Of a stretch of 64,000 nt of DNA, positions 52,149 to 64,000 are shown piece after piece. Positions within the stretch are counted from its first letter, which is position 1; the number at the start of each line of letters is the position of its first letter. Below the pieces are notes generated by a model. It searched no databases, was not told the origin of the DNA, and saw only the letters and a list, made by a program, of their open reading frames with translations. The translations under genes and the position numbers were made by a program. The DNA comes from Psilocybe cubensis (taxonomy: Eukaryota), in assembly GCA_017499595.2 (NCBI GenBank), contig CM039010.1, positions 1,240,001 through 1,304,000 on the forward strand. The letters are read 5' to 3'.

Positions 52149-54865
52149 TCAATCCAGCGGTGGCCACAAGAAATGGAATGCAATGTTGGCACTACAGTCC
52201 AAGTTTTGAAACATATCGCCTTTCGTTGGTTTGTCGATTCCGTGCCTATTCAACCGATGACAATCAGAACAGAACAACTGAAAAGGTTTTAGAATCATAG
52301 ATCGACTGTCGGACATACTTTTCTTTAATATGTTGCTTCACAGTTACAGAGTCGGCGACTGTTCGGCAATGAACACATGTGATGCTCTTCATACCATGGG
52401 TAGTCGATGCCTGATAAAGGGCATTGGCTTCATCCAGCCTTTCCCGTACGATCTGAGCCTCACGTTCTCCAAGTAATTCCAGCTTACACGGCGGGTGATT
52501 TATGTGACGTTGATATGATAGTTTGTGGCGTGGCTACCACATTTCATATGAATGTGTGAGTAATGATTCAGGACAATCACACATATAGAGCTCACCACCA
52601 TTCTCCATCTCATAGTAGCACGGCCCTGACGGGGCGAGTTGCAAGAAACACAGTGGAAGATAGGATCAGCAGCATCCATCTCTGCTGCCGTGGTCGTCTG
52701 TGGGTCGTAACCGAATTCTGTCAACAAGTCAGAGAGAACTTCCCAGCCATCTTTCCAGAATTTGATGTTGTCCAGTGTCCCCCAGCAAATCTTTGCAGTT
52801 GTCTTGCGCAACCTGAGAATATCAGAGTCATCAGGTTTTAAGTTCCAATCACAATACCGTTTCTTGGGTTCGTTGGTTGCGTGTTCATGGACAAGGACTC
52901 TAGGGTATTGCAGGAGAAAATGGTGGTGGCCTTGATCTTTTTGATAATAATTGATTCCGACACAGTGTTCACAGGTAAAAATTGTGGTAGCAAGATGGAG
53001 AACTTTCGTACGATCAAATGAATCCTGCCCAATAGCAGACAAAATTTCATTTATCAACTTTGATTCCACCCCCTGTCGCCAGTCCAGAGATATGTCATGA
53101 ATTTTATCACGCACGGGGTCGAAATTGGATATCTCAAATGGTTTGGGCATCGTGTCTTTCCAGATTTTCTGCACGATGGGGTGTAGAAAAATATCAGCGA
53201 CATCAGGCGTTTTCACATCCAATGGAAGCTCCTGCTTGATATCCTGGATGACTTGGCGCAATAACGGTATTCCTTGCTTGAGACGGATGAGCCGTTGTTT
53301 CCTCAGCCTCTTGTTCTTCAATTCGACCATGCGTCGGACAAGCCGGGGTTCCAAACGGGCGAGCACTGCATCAGTGTACTAATTAGACATGACGAAGGTG
53401 TGCTAACTGAAAACGCACCTTCAGAGGTTATTTTTGTCTGACAAGCATCATAGATACCAGGAATATCCATGATCGTCTCACAAGGATCGACAAGTTTCTC
53501 GAGTTCGTCCTCCCAACCCAAGGTGTCCAAGTAGTCAAGGATGCTGTATATTGCGTTCAATACAATTGAGTAACTGCTGTTCGATATCATAAACTTACCA
53601 CAGGAGCCTGTCAGCTCCCAATTTTGGTAGTTTAGCAGCAATCCAGTTTTCGCATTCCCTGGCGTGCTATTGTATGAATTATGAATTGATTAGCGACACT
53701 GTCAGGGTTAGAAGAAAATATTACCATTTCTATAGGCTCTATCTCTGCTATCTTAGCGTTAGCCCACTTGGCCCGCTCATTTACGTTGTGTTGAACTTTG
53801 CTATGCTCCTTTGACCAAGTTTGATGAACTGCAAGGGGCCAGTAAGTGTACTTTTGACCATCCAGCAATTGCGCTTTACAGAAGCATGAATTGACGTTAG
53901 TTAACCCTAGATAATACTAATAAACAAACTTACGGTCTGCTATAGTGAGTTGGGGCAAGTGCAAAGCGAGTTTTTTCTGATACGGGCCATCCCACCAGGT
54001 CGAAATGTCGGGTAGATGGCTTCTGACAAACAGTTTTCTGATACTTAGTGGTAAGTATAGGTATATTAATATTATGAAACACCACGTACTCGTTACTCAG
54101 GCATTGAAAGCAGGCCTTAAAACGACCAGCGTAAGACTCATAGACAATACTACGCTCGTTGAAACAAATCTAACAACGTAAAGATAGTCAAATGAAAATG
54201 AACAATATAAAGTTTAAGATGCTGCACCTACATAGCAATGGTGGCCGAACAATAAGCTGGCATATTGAGGTTCGCTTAAGTCGCTAGGACATTGAGGCAT
54301 GCCCCGAATACGAGACCTTGACTTTTTCCAAATCCCCGAAGCTCCTTTACTGCGAAGAATCGTGCGGAAAACTTTGGAGGTCCACATGAGTTGTAATAGA
54401 TCTTTAGGATACACTTGTCCAAAAATCTATCAATAATGATGTAGAACACCTGTTTGAGTATCGTGTTTTACTGGAACATGGCAATAACGTACTAGAATTA
54501 ATAGTTCTGTAGGCATTCCCTGCAAGCTCGCTGGAGCGTACGTCACAGGGACTACCCTAGCCTTGCTTTTAGAAGTGCGAGTACCTTTTGCAGTAGCTCT
54601 ACGTCCTCTCTTTTGGGGCTAACACAATGGTATATGAGCTGCTAGAGCCTGAACTGCGCACCAAGTCAAAGCAACGCACCACTTTTACCGTTTTTGCATC
54701 AGAAGCTTGCGTTGCAGATCGTTTCTGGTCTACCTTTCGCTTCTTTCTCTTTGGAACGTGATCTGGTAAGTCAGCAGACTCTTGCGTCGCGGAAGTTGCA
54801 ATCCCTGCAGAATCCCCAGCTTGTTGCGAAGGACTCAGTTGACGTTTTGCGGACTTGGTGGGCAT
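52149..54865 (-). CDS. F-box protein (Agaricomycete expanded family), multi-exon
   Basis: YPKDLLQLMWTSKVFRTIL...IWKKSR...PQCPSDLSEPQYASLLF; LHLATTIFTC; GYDPQTTTAAEMDAADPIFHCVSC. Confidence 0.8.
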
Positions 54866-56638
54866 TGAAGTGTTGAAAGAGATATCAAGAGTAAATTTTA
54901 ATGTCTCTTGGTTTTCTAAAACTGAAAAAAAAAAAAAAAACGATGTGCTGGCGGCTAGCGATTTTTTTAGGTTAAAATATGGGTAAGAACAGTTCGGTGG
55001 GTCATTTCCCGTTAAGTCAGAAACGCAACATTGAACATCACGTGATGTGACCTTCCGCGTTCAACGCGTCAAGCGGTGTCACGCGGAACATTCCACGACA
55101 GCCATTCCAACTCACTATGTAAAGCAAACATTATTCCAGTTTCTCTCCGGGATTGAGGTTGTTGGAGGACCCATAGACTATTGTGGCTACCTGAGTGACA
55201 ACACGCTCAATCATTGGGTCTCAATTTCGTTGAACTTCAATAAAAACGGATAATCGGATATTGGGCCGCCTGAGATGGGACAGAAATCCTTTGGTCCGTC
55301 TACGTGCACATCGTTGACACAAAACTGGCACTCCTAGATATGAATATATGCAGGCATTAAACCGAAGTATACTTTTGAATTTACACAACCTTCGGAAGCA
55401 ACCCAAAGATGACAAAATCCATCAAAAGGGGTAAATGTTTTCCAGAAGTGCAATATGCTCGTTGCTGAAGCCACAGTAACGGGATGTGTATGTTTTTGTC
55501 TTGCACAGAGACACGATCAACCGAAGAGCTGAGAAAGCTTCAACAATGATGATAACGGCAGTGAACTTAACGGTTGTCACGAAAGGTCGGCCTCCCCAGA
55601 GGCAGATACAAGTGCAGGGACATGAGTATGATGAGCCATGAGGTCAATGACCGGCGTTGTCGCGAAGGCCGAGATGTGTGTGGAAGTCATTCCCGGTACA
55701 TTCTCTCTGATAGTAATATGTGGAGAATCATCAACTAGATCATTTCCCACCAGTGAGGTTTGTAGTCACCAAGTCAATGCCCGAGGTTCTGCTCGAGATC
55801 CCTTTGAAGGGTTGTTTTGGATATCAAGCAACACTTTTCATGATCGTATGGAGGAAAGCCTTTGAATCGTCCAGGAATGAATAACACGATCCCAAGAGCT
55901 GCCCTCAGCGCAGCGATGGTCGATCAGGGTTCAATCCAAGTAAGGGTAGAAGAGGGTGGAATACAAAAACGCAAAGCCTTCCTGTCGAAACATACACAAG
56001 AGAAGCTTTAGCCATCCGATCCACTGCAAAAATCACCCTGAGGATAAGCGTCCAGGCCCTATGGGATATAGAGGATGCTTCGAAGTTCTTGTATCCTCGC
56101 GATTGATCAAAGATGCACCTCGAGAACATCAAAGGTAGACAACTAAACCCGGGCAATGGTGACAATGCAAAGCAAGTCGAGTGTGTGTATCGTGGCAAAT
56201 GGGACAAAATTAGTCATCTGGGGTCTGCCAAAGGACTTGCACATGAAAATGGCATTGGACAAGGAAGAATGATGATGCATCGCGATGGTCCGGGTTGACG
56301 TGGCCGCTGCGGGGTAAATATAGTGTGGGGAATAACAAAAGATTCGGTGCTGAGCTGGATTAGAAAAAGAGCGGTGTTTTCAGACATTTGTGCTTGACAA
56401 TCGTTGTGGACGACCTTGAACAGTGTTGAAGCTCCTATTCACGTCCGGCTCAACTTGTCGCCGCAGCGAGCACGCGTTGTATCGGCCCTCACACTTTCGG
56501 CGTTATCGCGAATATAATCCGGATAGGGAACACAGAAAAGTCGCAGCGACAAAACAACGACAACCTTGAGACCTTAAACCTGTTGAACAACAACAGGCTT
56601 CCTGCCACTTACTCCCAACCACCATCAGGTATCCGACG

Positions 56639-58784
56639 ATGTGGGCCTCTACCGCTCGCAATGCCCGTCTTTTGTCGGCAAAGGTCCCACTGAACAGGGC
56701 ATGGACTCCTGCGCTCTCGTTATCGGCTCCTCACCGAGGATTTGCTACCTCTAAATGTGCGTGTTCTGTTTACCTGGTGCCAGCTCTCGCTTGCTGGTTC
56801 CGCTTTTTCTCGTTTTTGCGGTCGATTTCAAACGGATTAAATCGCTTGCCCGGGCAAATCATATTTATGATGCGTTCGGGATGAAGGAGTCCCGCCCATC
56901 AGACTGTGCCATGCCTTACTTCCCCGCTTCGGAATTTCCTTCTCCACCCGGGCCACTACTTTTGCGAATCTCCCCATTCCGATCCTCTACTTGCCTCATC
57001 ATCTCTCAGATCCGCTCCAGACTCTCCGAAGACTAACTACTTGCCCTTTCTGCCTTATTCACAGACGCTATGTCGGGAGCTATCCAAAAGATTGTTGTTC
57101 AAAACCCAGTCGTCGAGTTGGACGGCGATGAGATGACAAGGATCATCTGGAAGAAGATTCGTGAGGAGGTGCGTTGTTTTGTTGCCTCGATCCTTGTTCA
57201 CCACTGACCGCTCTTCCCTTAGCTTATTCTTCCTTACCTCCAATTGGACATCAAGTACTTCGATCTGGGATTGGAGTACAGGGACCAGGTATACTACTTC
57301 CATCCATCGTGGCTAGATCATCACTAATGCACCCATCTAGACCAATGACCAAGTCACCGTTGACGCTGCAAATGCCATCTTGGAACACCAGGTTGGTATC
57401 AAGTGCGCAACCATCACACCTGACGAAGCTCGTGTGAAGGAATTCAACCTTAAAGAAATGTGGAGGAGTCCCAACGGCACCGTGAGTACCTTTATCATCG
57501 TTGAAATGTACCTTGTGCTTACCGGTTGTTTGTTCTCAGATCCGTAACATTCTCGGCGGCACTGTCTTCCGTGAACCCATCATCCTCTCCAAGATCCCTA
57601 AGCCCATCCCAGGATGGGTTAAACCCATCGTCATTGGCAGACACGCCTTCGGTGACCAAGTAATGCCTTTCGTCCATTTCCGCCTTGTTGGTGCTAACAT
57701 TCTCTTTTAGTATCGCTCGACCGACTATGTCGCTCCTGGACCTGGAAAACTTCAACTTGTCTACACCCCGGCTGATGGCGCTCCTGCTACTGTAATGGAC
57801 GTTTATGACTTCAAGGGTCCTGGAGTCGCCATGTCCATGTACAACACTGATGAGGTTCGTTTTCGGTCCCTGACTTCTATGCGTGTTCAACATGCTGATC
57901 AACACGCCAGTCAATTACCGGTTTCGCACACTCCTCTTTCAAAATGGCCCTGGCCAAAAAGATGCCTTTGGTAAGACGCTCGCGCGTCCTGATCCGTGTT
58001 TACATTTCTGATCGAGGTGTGGTCGCGTAGTTCATGTCGACTAAGAACACCATCTTGAAGAAATACGACGGACGTTTCAAGGACATTTTCCAGGATATCT
58101 ACGACACGTAAGTTTTTTATAACTGAAACGCTGACGAGCCCAACTGACCTGCCTACGAAAGGCAATACAAGACCCAATTCGAGGAAGCTGGCATCTACTA
58201 TGAGCACCGTCTGATCGACGATATGGTTGCACAGGCTGTCAAGTCTTCTGGAGGATTCGTGTGGGCATGCAAGAACTATGACGGTGACGTGCAATCCGAC
58301 ATTCTCGCACAGGGTTTCGGCTCTCTGGGCATGATGACCTCGGAGCTCCTCACGCCAGATGGCCAGATCATCGAGAGCGAGGCTGCACACGGTACAGTCA
58401 CCCGCCACTACCGCGAGTACCAGAAGGGCAACGAGACGAGCACGAACCCCGTCGCGTCCATCTTCGCGTGGACCCGCGGTCTGCTTCACCGTGCTAAGCT
58501 CGATGGCAACGACGCGTTGAGGAACTTCTCGTTGGACCTCGAGGCTGCTTGCGTGGAGGTTATTGACCAAGACGGAATCATGACCAAGGATTTGGCGCTT
58601 GCTATTCATGGAAAGAACATGCAGAGGGAGCACTGGGTCATCACTGACGTCTATATGGATGCCGTTAAGGTTTGTCCCCTATTTGTTTATCGGACAGAGG
58701 TTTCATTTGCTTACCTGCGGTTCTTTCTCTTTCCTCCAGGCTAAGCTGCAGCAGAAGCTTGACGCCCGCAAGTCCAAATTGTGA
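56639..58784 (+). CDS. IDP1: NADP-dependent isocitrate dehydrogenase with N-terminal mitochondrial presequence exon and C-terminal SKL
   Basis: [75 protein letters not shown], ...ARKSKL*. Confidence 0.95.
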
Positions 58785-60213
58785 ATCACCTTTCCTCCTT
58801 CTGTTTCCCTCCATTTCACCTTCACCATTACGATTTCGATTTATCTTCTCTGCTCCGGTTCACCTTCGTCATGGACGTCGTGGTTCCCTGGACCTTTCCT
58901 TTCCTTTCTTCTCCTTTCTTCCAACGCTTCTCGCCAGCAGAGCATTTTCTCTCCTCGACCTATTGAACACGGATCTGACCTAGCGGACGTTATTACAGGG
59001 ATTAAATGGTGCAGCAAGCGTCGAAATTGAACGCGGAGTTGTACAACACAAAGGCATTCAGAAACCAAGAAATCAAGGGACAATGTGATCTATAAACATG
59101 TATTTATATCAGATTTAAGGACGGAAGCGGAACGGCGTGGACTCAGGTGGCGAACCTGGCGAAGCAGGTGATAGCTGCCACGGCTAGTGAGCAGCAAATC
59201 GACGATCATGAGAAACGACGGAGGGGGCGGATGCTTTTATTTCCTGTTGTGTTGTCTTTTTTTGCTTGCTATTTTTTTTATATTCTGAAATGTGCTTTGC
59301 TTTTCTTGTTTGTAACTTTCTCTCTGGTTCTTGAACACACTCGAAGTAGGGATGTCATTGTAGATGTAGAACAAGCAACGAGGGGCGAGTAGGTTAGACG
59401 TGTAATCTACATTCGCATGCGGAGGTAGTGAACGTACAGAAGGCGCGGAGGTAGAGTGGGTGTGTCATGGTTTGGCTGATACTTCTGCTATTGCAATAAT
59501 GCTACTACTCACACATCTATATGTACCATTTCTCGGCTTACTTCTCTCTAACCTACAATAAACGTCTTAGTCTTTCACAGTGCTACTTAAGGTTCAAGGA
59601 TTCACTACCAGTGTTTATTGCAGCGTGGTTGGTTTACTGTGATTCTTTTGACGCAAATTTCGGTTGTTCCCATGGATCTGACTACTAGGCAAAAAGCGGA
59701 GGAGAAAATTGGCATGGTCAAGTGGGTGCCGTTATACTACCACAACTTTGAGTAACTTGGACCTGAGTATCTTTCCATCTGACGAATGGGAGCTTTGAAA
59801 CTATGCTATTGTTTAGACATAAATTTGAAAATAACTAGCGAGGTGTAATACCGATGATGCTCATCACATCATACATAAAAATAAGGAGTAGTTATGCCAC
59901 CTCAAACAGCCTGGGAGAGGCTGGGCTAGGAGGGGGGACGTGAGGGCCCCCCTTAGTGCAGAGGGGATCGACGAAAGCCAAAACGCTAACGGAGCGTAGT
60001 AGGTAGTTAATTAGTAGTAAGCCAAGGGAGGGGCCCACCCCTCAGAGGCTATAACACAAAAAACAAAAAACAAAAAAACAAACAAGGAGTAGTTAGATGG
60101 GGCAGACTGCAGTCCAATTGTACAACATGAAACTTGGAAAAGAATAGAAAAGAGAAGTCCATTGTGTCTATGACGACGGTCGGCGACGGTCCTTGCTGGA
60201 GCCCCTGTAGAGG

Positions 60214-61007
60214 TCATAGCAAATACTTGACAGCGATACCAGTGGCGAGCAGCATGACAAAGTACGGTAGTTTGTAATCAACCTTCAAGCGTTTCGGCTC
60301 CCTGTTATCCTCCTCGTCATCCTCCCGCTGGCGTTTGAGGGAAGACCGGCTGTTTAAATATTGTGTACGCCGTCCTTCTTGCTCAAGGTGGTTCTGAACA
60401 TCATTATGAATGATGATTAGACGCCTGAAATACACCGTTGTGATGGTCGGAATTTCATTGTCCATCAGCATCGGTTCCTCAACAGAGTTAGCCTTCGTGT
60501 AGAAGGCTTGAATGCCATACTGGTCCGACACAAGGAAATGGATATCTTCTTTCGCTGGTACAACTCGGCCGCGATATAGAGGGGCTATTGTTTGATTTCT
60601 TATGGAATGTTAAACGCTCATTTCAAGATATTAGTAGGAAGAAGCACTCACATCGCAGTGGCACCAAGTGGTAGAGTGGTCCTCCTGACACGGCGACTTC
60701 CAAGACACATCCTGACTCCGGGCATGAGATATGCGACGACGTCTGCTGGAGGTACCTCACCCGATTCCTGTTTTGTCTCAATCCTCAAAATTGTGATATC
60801 ATCGGAATCCCGAGGCGGAGGGGGCAAGGGTCTCGGCGTTGGGGGTTCAGATCTCCCGCTGTTGTGCGATATCAGGACTCTTCTCAAGTACAATCGACGA
60901 AGGGCTCTCGGACTAATATGGAATTGTGTGCTGACGGGCATATCGGTATAAGAGGACATCCAGGAATACAGGGAGGTGGGTTTCGCAGGAAAGGGGATCA
61001 ATGGCAA
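60214..61007 (-). CDS. Hypothetical protein, probably multi-exon
   Basis: Two co-oriented ORFs (119 and 105 aa) separated by an intron-like gap at ~60590-60650; no recognisable family. Confidence 0.35.
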
Positions 61008-62286
61008 GGTGAACCAGCGAGACCATCAAAAAAAAAAACTGCAATTTATAAGAATCTCACTTGGGTGCTTGAGTGGCAATTTGATTCTGAATGACCGCGT
61101 TGGGAGTAGATTATCTGCATCTGCGTAACCAATCTCGGGTCCTGTTGTGCTATTGCGATGTGCTTAATGGAGAGTGGTTCCAACAAAAAACGTATGCGGC
61201 TGGTCTTGATTTATTATCTCGCGGTTGGCCGTTATTGAAGATAATAAAATGTGCACCGCAAAGAGAACACCTTGCGCCGGTTTGTCACAAACGGTAGACG
61301 CAAGAGGCTTGGGGTCTAGGACCATATGTACGAGACAAGTATGTTGTGATTTTGTGAGAGGGATGCGGATCTATCGCCACAGGAATAATAAATGCATTGA
61401 CTGTGTTGACTGATATTAGACGCATATAAACATCCATCACAGTGTGATTTAACGGCCAGAATCTGAATATTACCGAGGAATTTTCGTTTAGAGATATTCA
61501 TAGTGACAATGGTCTCATCCTATTGTCAAGTTGAAACCCCGACGACAATAGGAAAGTGAGAATTCACAATAGGCCGAAAAAAGTTATCCACTATACCTGA
61601 GTTTATCCTGTCGTTATGGACAGGTCACCCGGGACCAGGTTACAAAGCTTTTCAAACTCGCCTAGCTTTCTTTCGTCCAGAGTACTTCTTCAATGCTTTG
61701 ACCTATGAAATCTATATCTATCGAGTAACTTCGACTTGGCGGTGTTTACAGAGGACACTCGTGGGCGCACTGAGGCAGGTATGAAGCAGGTATCTTCTCC
61801 ATGTTCCTATTTTAACCTGTAGAAGTCGGTGATATAGTCTTTGAATTTTGACTTCGAATAAAAGATTCATTTTCGTAACAACAGTCAACTGGAAGGTAGC
61901 CACTCCAGGCGTGGCGTGACAGAAGCCTATCGATTAAGCGCAAAGTCTATGAGGGTCATATGCTGGCCAGGTGTTCGCCAAGTCGTGGACATTCGCTTTG
62001 GACCTAAAGAGTTGAAAATAAGACCAATTGAAAGATTTGATTGTGAACCTAACAGCAAAAAATCGATAAGAAACGCGTCTGTCACGGTCACGAGACCTTT
62101 TGTCACTGTCCACACCTGTCAGTGAAGTTAAGCGCCGACAGCTTGACACCAAAAACTGGCTAAAGGCAGAGATTGCTAAAAAAATGCACATAGCTAGGAA
62201 CCAAGGGAAAAAGATGCATTAGTGGCTTTTAGAAATACGAAAAGACCCTTTTTTTAGATGTACTTCAAAGTGGTCTCCACTGGCAG

Positions 62287-63794
62287 CATCAGGAAAACAG
62301 GCGAGGAATAGAACAAATAGAACTAGCAAAAATATTTGATTATATTTAATATATTGATTCTATTTGTTTATTTGTCGAAATAGATCTAAGCCCTCTGATC
62401 GGATTGCAAATCGACGTTTAGAAATATATGCCATGTCGGAAACTATTTCAACTGGTAGAAACGGCACTACAGGTATTTCTAGCATGCACTTATAGAGGAA
62501 GTAGAATTTGAGATATAATCAAATAGAACATTGCTTGAATTGAATAGATTTTTACATTTTTTAAGCTTCACCGAAATAGTAGAGATAGAAAATTTATATT
62601 TTGGTTAATATGTACTCAAAAACATTCATGTACTATGAGAATATCCTAAGAAAAAGCTACTATTCCTGGTTTCCTGGAAGGGTGGCATGAATTGACAACG
62701 GGCGAGGATAGCTAGAAAGCTAATCAGGTTTTGCTGAAGCTACAATAGCACATGTCAGCGAGCAAGATCAACAAGAACAATAACACTCACAGCCTAGCAG
62801 ACGGCGGCGGTGTTGTCTGTAGTTGTAGGAGTGGGGTAGTTAGGAAGGTGGAAGGAATGCACGTACCTCACTCGAAGCCGAGCAGAGATGGCGGTGGTGC
62901 GATCTGTAATTGTAGGAGTAGGGTGGTAAGTTAAGGGAGGTGGAGAATGCACGTACCTCACTTGCAGCCGAGCAGAGACGGCGGTGGTGTCATCTGTAGT
63001 TGTAGGAGTAGGGTGGCAAGTTGAGGGAGGTGGAAGGAATGCACGTACCTTGTTGGCCTCCCCTCACGACTCTCACGCGCCCTTTGTCATGTTTACAGCT
63101 GCGGTGAACACATCGTGTTGTTGCATCAGGCGTCGTCCGAGTCGTGTCTTCATTGCGTTGCGACGGTTGTGCATACGTAGGAGATGGTGGTAAGTTGGGA
63201 CTTGTGTTGAACGTGAAAAACGCGGGATGGCTCACAAGTCGGAGTTTGAACATTTGATCGAAAAATTAAAATCGGATCACTTGTCGGGTGAATAAATATT
63301 TCGGCCGCGCCAAGGCCGCGGAGAGATGAATCCGACGAGTGCTCCTCCAACGGAGGAGCAATCCATACCCGCTGCACTTTGTCGGGGTCATTTTGCTGTA
63401 TCCATAGTTGAATCTTGTTTCGCATTCAAGTTGGTGATGAGTCGTTTATCGGCTTGATTTTGTGTCGTGACCGCGTTGTCGGGATAATTTGGGTGTTAAA
63501 CATTTAATAGTTTGTGTCACCTTTGTGGTGTGGCGGTTATGTCTGACAGTTGTAAAGACCTTTTTTGTAAGGTTACGCGTTCGATCCCGCACGAGCGACG
63601 TTTTTCTGGCCTTGATAGAAGTATAACTCACCCCTGTAAAACATGGAAAAAAATTCGTTGAATAGGATTTGATAGGAAATTTTCATGTAGTTGATAACAT
63701 TTAGAGAAAAATTGTTAGATAGAAAATGGTACATTATGTGGACTATCCCTTCTATATCTTATATCTCTTCTAATCCTCGCCTGTTTTCCTGATG
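62287..63794. mobile_element. Non-autonomous TIR DNA transposon (~1.5 kb)
   Basis: CATCAGGAAAACAGGCGAGGA (62287-62307) and its exact reverse complement (63774-63794), extendable to 27 bp with 1 mismatch; AG on both flanks (possible 2-bp TSD); AT-rich interior without a transposase. Confidence 0.82.
62790..63050 (-). repeat. ~90-bp tandem repeat (3 copies) inside the TIR element
   Basis: Units of ...GCAGAGAYGGCGGTGGTG...TGTAGGAGTAGGG...GGAATGCACGTACCT. Confidence 0.8.
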
Positions 63795-64000
63795 AGCCTA
63801 CTAGCAAAACAGGTTTCAGTGCCAGGTTTGCGGCATGGATGACATATGTTCATGACAGATCTTACATGGTGGTATACTATCTACTGTAAAAATCAGCCGC
63901 CACAGACACCTCTGGCTCATGTATAGCCTGCCAGAGGTTCTCAGATCAATAGGCCATGGCTCAGCTCGCCAGGCTGTTCCCGGACACCATCGACTGACAG

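Noticed and set aside
57519-58633. Long antisense ORFs over IDH (similar ones over 11.7-13.7 kb and 45-48 kb)
   Set aside because: Shadow ORFs caused by codon bias of the real genes on the opposite strand.
62434-62444. 11-bp match to the Plavaka TIR (TGTCGGAAACT)
   Set aside because: No partner TIR or TGATCA subterminal repeats nearby; plausibly chance.

Overview
Eukaryotic, intron-rich fungal DNA, most likely an Agaricomycete (short GT/GC-AG introns, Agaricales-type F-box and DUF6533-like genes). Both flanks hold ordinary genes. Left: partial F-box gene, amino-acid permease, VWA8, VPS26, a membrane protein, SOF1/DCAF13. Right: truncated acyltransferase, DUF6533-like protein, tandem SnoaL pair, F-box gene, NADP-isocitrate dehydrogenase. 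Between SOF1 (ends 17734) and about 39.1 kb lies a ~21 kb accessory island. It contains: (i) a hairpin-rich left edge with GCGAGCGAAGCGAGC repeats, a Helitron-like CTAG end, tRNA B-box fragments and two inverted lox/att-like sites; (ii) a nested, apparently intact 7.85 kb Plavaka DNA transposon with TIRs and a 2-bp TSD; (iii) a head-to-head pair of diverged paralogous genes; (iv) a ~970-aa uncharacterised gene; (v) arrays of AGATCT-centred palindromes; (vi) a multi-exon tyrosine recombinase with the motif layout of DUF3435/Starship captains, divergently paired with a small coiled-coil gene. The best candidate for a novel system is a recombinase-mobilised, Starship/Crypton-like large element in a basidiomycete. 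A separate 1.5 kb TIR element lies at 62.3-63.8 kb. All gene models were spliced by eye and family names come from motif recognition; no database search was run.
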